Part shown: piece by piece, positions 50,348 through 54,963 of the stretch
Position numbering within the stretch: the stretch's first letter is position 1
How the letters are laid out: each line of letters opens with the position of its first letter
Source of the DNA: an uncultured Clostridia bacterium
GTDB taxonomy: Bacteria > Bacillota > Clostridia > Christensenellales > CAG-917
Reading direction: 5' to 3'
Length of the DNA stretch: 54,963 nucleotides
Assembly: GCA_944360115.1 (NCBI GenBank)
Contig: CALVTH010000006.1
Span: forward strand, 1-54,963
Program-made: the position numbers and the translations under genes
The notes under the pieces: model-generated
Told to the model about the DNA's origin: nothing
What the model saw: only the letters and a program-made list of their open reading frames with translations
Databases searched by the model: none

Positions 50348-51118
50348 ATGCGGAAGTCCGCCGTAAAAAAAACCAAACAGCGTTACGACAAGAGCGACGC
50401 GCTTGCGATATGCGCCGTCGCGCTTTGTTTTCTCATAACCCTGGCAATGTGTTTTGTGCTGGGCGGCGAAGCATTCATCGCCGTCGTGCGCTCGGGAGGG
50501 AGCGACGGCACCGACTACTATCTTTTGTGCGGCGGCGCATACGAGAATATTTCACTTGCCCGCAACTACGCCGACCTTATGAAATCGCGCGGCGGCGCGG
50601 GCTATGTGCTGACGGGCGACGACAACTACGAAGTAATTCTGTCGGTGTATTCCGATTCCGCCGAAGCCGAGACGGCTCTCGGGGCAAGCGGTATGCAAGG
50701 CGCGTATCTTCTCGAATTAACTTTACTTAATCCATCCTGCAAGTGGGCGGGAGAGTACGCGGGCAAGGTGGAGAGCGCGCTCGGATATTTCGACATTGCG
50801 TACGACGAACTTAACGCGCTTGCGCGCGGAGTGGCGGAAGAAACGCTTACTCTGACCGACGCGCGCACGCGCCTCGATGTCCTCGGGGCGCGCATTGCCG
50901 AAATCAAGGCGGAGTTCTATGCGGCAACGGAGGATTGCGCGGATGGCAGATACACCGAGGTCAAGCTTGCGCTCGTCACCGCGGCGGCGCTTATTGACAA
51001 CATAGATTTTTCTTCTCCCTCGGGCGGGGAGTCCGCGGCGTACGCCTGCGCGTCTCTGCGTTATCAGCTGGTGCAACTGGTGATGTGCCGAAAAGCCCTC
51101 GGCGAAAGCCTGTCCTGA
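50348..51118 (+). CDS. Membrane-anchored hypothetical protein with SPOR-like segment
   Basis: Basic N-terminus, TM helix, YYLLCGGAYENISLARNYADLMKSRGGAGYV...YEVILSVY; helical C-terminus. Confidence 0.6.
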   Translation: MRKSAVKKTKQRYDKSDALAICAVALCFLITLAMCFVLGGEAFIAVVRSGGSDGTDYYLLCGGAYENISLARNYADLMKSRGGAGYVLTGDDNYEVILSVYSDSAEAETALGASGMQGAYLLELTLLNPSCKWAGEYAGKVESALGYFDIAYDELNALARGVAEETLTLTDARTRLDVLGARIAEIKAEFYAATEDCADGRYTEVKLALVTAAALIDNIDFSSPSGGESAAYACASLRYQLVQLVMCRKALGESLS

Positions 51119-51323
51119 ACGCGGACGGAAAATGCTCTCCGAACGCTTTTTCCCTCTGTTTGCTGTTGATACACGAAAAGTGTTGCATTATAAAACACGA
51201 TAAGTGTATCTAGTGTATCGACGGAGCATGAGAATGGAGCGGGCGCGGAGCGCTGCCGTGCGCTGCCGCGGGCGTCAAGCGCGAAAAACGGGTTTTCTGC
51301 ACGCGCGGAGTTTGCGCGCGCTC

Positions 51324-51352
51324 TTGCAATCGCGCAGCGTTTAAGATATAAT
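51324..51352 (+). promoter_or_regulatory. sigmaA promoter giving a probable leaderless dnaX mRNA
   Basis: TTGCAA-N17-TATAAT, 7 nt before the ATG, no SD. Confidence 0.7.
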
Positions 51353-51359
51353 CTTTGCT

Positions 51360-52847
51360 ATGGCATATACTTCGCTTTACCGCAGATACCGCCCCGACAC
51401 CTTCGACGGCGTCGTCGGGCAGGAACACATAGTCCGCACCCTGAGGAATCAGATCAAGTCCGGCACGGTGGGACACGCCTATCTTTTCACGGGGACGCGC
51501 GGCACGGGCAAGACTTCCGTCGCCAAGATTTTCGCGCGCGCCGTCAACTGCACGCAGCCCGTCGACGGGTCTCCGTGCGGGAAATGCGATGTCTGCCGCG
51601 CGCTTTCGTCGCCCACCAGTCTCGACATCCTCGAAATCGACGCCGCGTCCAACAACTCCGTCGACCAGATGCGCGAGCTCACCGACAAAATCAATTTCCC
51701 GCCCACCGTGGGCAGATACAAGGTCTACATCGTGGACGAAGTGCACATGCTGTCCAAGAGCGCCTACAACGCTTTGCTCAAGACGCTGGAGGAGCCACCC
51801 GCGCACGCCATTTTCATCCTCGCCACCACGGAAGTGCAACAGATACCCGCGACGGTGCTCTCGCGCTGTCTGCGGTTCGATTTTCACCTTCTCCCGCTTT
51901 CGCTCATCGAAAACAGGCTGAAGTATATCTTTGACGACATAAAGGTCGGCTACGACACGGACGCCGTCCGTCTCATCGCTTCGGCGGGGCGCGGCAGTAT
52001 GCGCGACGCGCTGTCCATTGCCGATATGTGCGTCAGTTACTGCGCGGGCAACATAACATACGACGGAGTGCTCGAAGTGCTCGGCACCGCCGACCCGTTC
52101 AAATTGCTGGGGCTTGCCGAAGCCGTGCTCGCAGGCGACGCCGACGCCGCGCTTGTCAGGCTGTCGGCGCTTTGCGATCTCGGCAAGAGCGTGCCCGTGC
52201 TGGCAAGCGACCTCGGAACGATGTTCCGCAATATGATGTACGCGGCGACCTGCAAGAACGCCCGCGAAATCCTCGCTTTGCCCGCCGACCTTTTCGGAGC
52301 AATAGCCGCCTGCGCGGCGCGTTATCCGCTGAAAAAGATATTCTCGTCCATGAAAGCGATGACGGCTCTCGAGGGGCAGTTCAGGTACGGAACGCAGCAT
52401 CGCACCTTGCTCGAAGCCGCCGTCATAGAAGCCGCCACCGACGAGCCGTCCGCCGAAAGTTTCAAGGAACTTGCCGAAAAGGTGGACAAACTGGAGCGGC
52501 AGATAAAGGCGCTGACAAAGTCGGGTTTTAATCCCGCACCTGCCAAATCGGATGCCAAGCAGGTGTGGGGCAGAGTGGCATCCGCATTGAACGCGCAGGG
52601 TTACAGGCACGCGGCGCTTGCAGTCACCGACGCCGCCGTCAGCGAAACCGACGAAGTGTTCAGCGTGAAAATCGCTTCCGCCGCGTCGATGAGTATTCTC
52701 AACGACGAGACGCGCGCGGTCATAGACAGAATCTTCGCTTCGCTCAGCAAAAAGACGCTTGTGATCGAGCAGGGCGGCGTGCTCGTGCGCGACCGCGAGG
52801 AGCCGTATCTCAGAGAGATGTTCGGCGATCGCCTGGAAGTGAAATAG
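51360..52847 (+). CDS. dnaX: DNA polymerase III subunit gamma/tau
   Basis: LYRRYRP, GTRGTGKT, EIDAASN, DEVHMLS, LLKTLEEPP, SRC. Confidence 0.96.
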   Translation: MAYTSLYRRYRPDTFDGVVGQEHIVRTLRNQIKSGTVGHAYLFTGTRGTGKTSVAKIFARAVNCTQPVDGSPCGKCDVCRALSSPTSLDILEIDAASNNSVDQMRELTDKINFPPTVGRYKVYIVDEVHMLSKSAYNALLKTLEEPPAHAIFILATTEVQQIPATVLSRCLRFDFHLLPLSLIENRLKYIFDDIKVGYDTDAVRLIASAGRGSMRDALSIADMCVSYCAGNITYDGVLEVLGTADPFKLLGLAEAVLAGDADAALVRLSALCDLGKSVPVLASDLGTMFRNMMYAATCKNAREILALPADLFGAIAACAARYPLKKIFSSMKAMTALEGQFRYGTQHRTLLEAAVIEAATDEPSAESFKELAEKVDKLERQIKALTKSGFNPAPAKSDAKQVWGRVASALNAQGYRHAALAVTDAAVSETDEVFSVKIASAASMSILNDETRAVIDRIFASLSKKTLVIEQGGVLVRDREEPYLREMFGDRLEVK

Positions 52848-53011
52848 ATGTCTTTTCGACGCAAAACGGCGTTTATATGGCGGAAAATCGCGTTCAACAC
52901 CGTTTTGTGTCGGCAAAATAAAAACGAAAAAATTTTGACGAAGTCGCGGACAGGGTCTTTCGTGGGCAAAATCCGACGCTTCGCATATAATAGTCACCAC
53001 ACGGAGGCAAT

Positions 53012-53332
53012 ATGGGATTCAACGGTTTCGGCGGCAATATGCAGCAGATTATGAAACAGGCTCAGATGATGCAGAAGAAACTGCAGGAAGCGCAGGCTCA
53101 GCTTGCGGAAGAGGAAGTCGTCGGCACGGCGGGCGGCGGTATGGTGGAAGTCACGCTCAAGGCTGACAAGACCCCCGTCGGAGTTTCCATAAAACCCGAA
53201 GCCGTCGACCCCGACGACACCGAAATGCTCGAGGATCTTTTCCTCGCCGCGCTCACCGACGCCATGGAGAAGGCCGACGGCCGCTCGCAGGAGTTGCTCG
53301 GACCTCTCGGCGGAGCGGCGGGAATGTTCTGA
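53012..53332 (+). CDS. ybaB: Nucleoid-associated protein YbaB/EbfC
   Basis: [27 protein letters not shown]; between dnaX and recR. Confidence 0.93.
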   Translation: MGFNGFGGNMQQIMKQAQMMQKKLQEAQAQLAEEEVVGTAGGGMVEVTLKADKTPVGVSIKPEAVDPDDTEMLEDLFLAALTDAMEKADGRSQELLGPLGGAAGMF

Positions 53333-53455
53333 TAATCCGCTTCGGGCGCGGGTACGGCTCTTTGTGCCCGTCGCCCTTGCGCACGCCGCTTTGCCCGCGC
53401 TCGGGCGGGCGGTTGCGCCGTCCTGCACTCTGACGCGGATTTCCGCGTAACGATT

Positions 53456-54040
53456 ATGAAATACATCGAACCGCTTGCAAAACTCATTGCGGAACTCGGC
53501 AAACTTCCTTCCGTCGGCGAAAAGACGGCGGCACGCTATGCCTACGCGATTCTGGAGTCCACCGACGAAGATGTCGACGCTCTTGTGGAAGCAATAAAGA
53601 ATGTGCGCGAGAAAGTGCATTTCTGCTCCGTCTGCGGCAATTTCACCGAGGGCGACATCTGCGAAATCTGCGCCACCCGCAAGCCCACCACCATCTGCGT
53701 CGTCAAGGAACCCCGCGATGTCACCGCACTCGAAAAAGTCAAAGGCTACGAGGGTGTTTATCATGTGCTTCACGGGGTCATTTCGCCAATCGACAGGGTG
53801 GGCCCCGACGACATTCGCATAAAAGAACTTCTCGCCCGTCTCGACGGTGTGGAAGAGGTCATCCTCGCCACCAACCCCGATGTCGAAGGCGAAGCCACCG
53901 CCATGTACATTGCCCGACTCATCAAACCTCTCGGCATCAAAGTCACCCGCATAGCCCGCGGTCTTCCCGAGGGCAGCGTCATAGAATACGCCGACGAGGG
54001 GACTTTGATGAGGGCTTTGAATAGCCGCATCACCCTGTAA
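53456..54040 (+). CDS. recR: Recombination mediator RecR
   Basis: LPSVGEKTA, CSVC...CEIC, YHVLHG, ATNPDVEGEATA. Confidence 0.96.
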   Translation: MKYIEPLAKLIAELGKLPSVGEKTAARYAYAILESTDEDVDALVEAIKNVREKVHFCSVCGNFTEGDICEICATRKPTTICVVKEPRDVTALEKVKGYEGVYHVLHGVISPIDRVGPDDIRIKELLARLDGVEEVILATNPDVEGEATAMYIARLIKPLGIKVTRIARGLPEGSVIEYADEGTLMRALNSRITL

Positions 54041-54125
54041 AACGCCGTCATTCGGCGACCTGCTTTGTCAGCCCCGCCTGCACGACCGCTTATGTACGCC
54101 AGAGTACACCGCGCGTCCGTTCAGG

Positions 54126-54746
54126 CGGGGCTTTCGCGCATCTCATCCGAATGGCGGCGTTTTCAACCGCGCGCTGGAATTTGACAATCACCGCTTATTG
54201 TCTCATTGTTTCGACAAGCGCCCCTCCGGGGTCCCCGCAAACATCGCGCAAGCGATTTTGTGGGGCAAAGTCCGCGGGCATTTTGTTTCCTTGTCTGACG
54301 CTCTGATATCGCGGTTTTACGCTTTCCGTAATTTGTTGAGAGCAAGAACGCAAAATCCGCTCCTGTCCATAGACGGGCGCTTTCCTTGCATCTCATCCGA
54401 ATGACGGCGTTTTGCAAACCGCGCGTTTTTGCTCTGATATCGCGGTTTTACATTTCCTTTTGTTTCGACAAAGAAATATAACCTTATATTCCTGTCTCTC
54501 TAGGAGTCGGGGCTTTCGCGCATCTCATCCGAATGGCGGCGTTTTCAACCGCGCGCTGGAATTTGACAATCACCGCTTATTGTCTCATTGTTTTGGCAAG
54601 CGCCCCTCCGGGGTCCCCGCAAACATCGCGCAAGCGATTTTGTGGGGCAAATCTCGGGGTCCCCGCAAACATCGCGCAAGCGATTTTGTGTGGCAAAGTC
54701 CGTGGGCATTTTGTTTCCTTGTCTGACGCTCTGATATCGCGGTTTT
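54126..54746. repeat. Nested intergenic repeat region with REP/MITE-like palindromic units
   Basis: Copy A 54126-54318 and copy B 54508-54746; hairpin unit ggggtccccgcaaacatcgcgcaagcgattttgtgggg at 54228, 54610 and 54656. Confidence 0.85.
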
Positions 54747-54796
54747 GCCGTTTCCGTCGGTTTGATAAAAAACGCAATTTATTCGTGGTTGCAAGG

Positions 54797-54826
54797 AAAG
54801 CGGGAGCCGTTGCGGCTCCCGCTTTT
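54797..54826. terminator. Bidirectional terminator
   Basis: aaagcgggagccg-ttg-cggctcccgctttt. Confidence 0.75.
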
Positions 54827-54886
54827 CGGTATCGTTGGCGGATTTTGTCATCCGTGTCGCGCAGTTTCGCGGGCGCAAATCTTTCG

Positions 54887-54963
54887 TCAGAAGTTCACGC
54901 GGGCGAAGTACAGCACTTCGTTGTAGTTGACCTTGCCTATCTCGGCGAGCAGGTAGATGTTGC
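54887..54963 (-). CDS. 3' end of a gene entering from beyond the window (possibly the last blade of a sialidase/BNR-type propeller)
   Basis: ...NIYLLAEIGKVNYNEVLYFARVNF* with host-like codon usage; too short to assign. Confidence 0.4.
   Translation of the reverse strand, partial: NIYLLAEIGKVNYNEVLYFARVNF

Noticed and set aside
51190-51350. SRP RNA (ffs), often found upstream of dnaX
   Set aside because: The conserved SRP domain IV motif (CAGG..GGAA..AGCAG) is absent
54126-54746. Possible CRISPR array
   Set aside because: Repeats are long, nested and irregularly spaced with no unique constant-length spacers; no cas genes in the window

Overview
GC-rich bacterial chromosomal segment. Gene content (dapL pathway, type III glutamine synthetase, rubrerythrin, CIRCE, sigmaA-type promoters, dnaX-ybaB-recR) points to an anaerobic Clostridia-class organism (inference). 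It is mostly core and metabolic DNA: a GH28-like hydrolase, citrate synthase, puuR-potABCD, an ANTAR-guaA-pyrG-asnB-dapF-dapL operon, a minimal SufC/SufBD pair, an FHA-ABC exporter, a THF-riboswitch folate operon, glnA divergent from purB-purA, a CrtI-like oxidoreductase with a ferredoxin reductase, groESL and dnaX-ybaB-recR. I saw no integrase, transposase, CRISPR array, rRNA or tRNA. Two signals stand out. (1) An apparent ANTAR antitermination regulon: A-x-x-G-x-x hexaloop hairpins overlap intrinsic terminators in front of pyrG-asnB-dapF-dapL, glnA and purB-purA, with non-canonical single-hairpin or long-linker layouts and a pseudo-receiver ANTAR protein encoded in the window. (2) Two tandem cassette-like membrane-protein genes whose promoter/RBS heads and 93-bp tails are near-identical but whose AT-rich cores are highly diverged. 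All calls come from reading the sequence by eye; no database searches or folding software were run.
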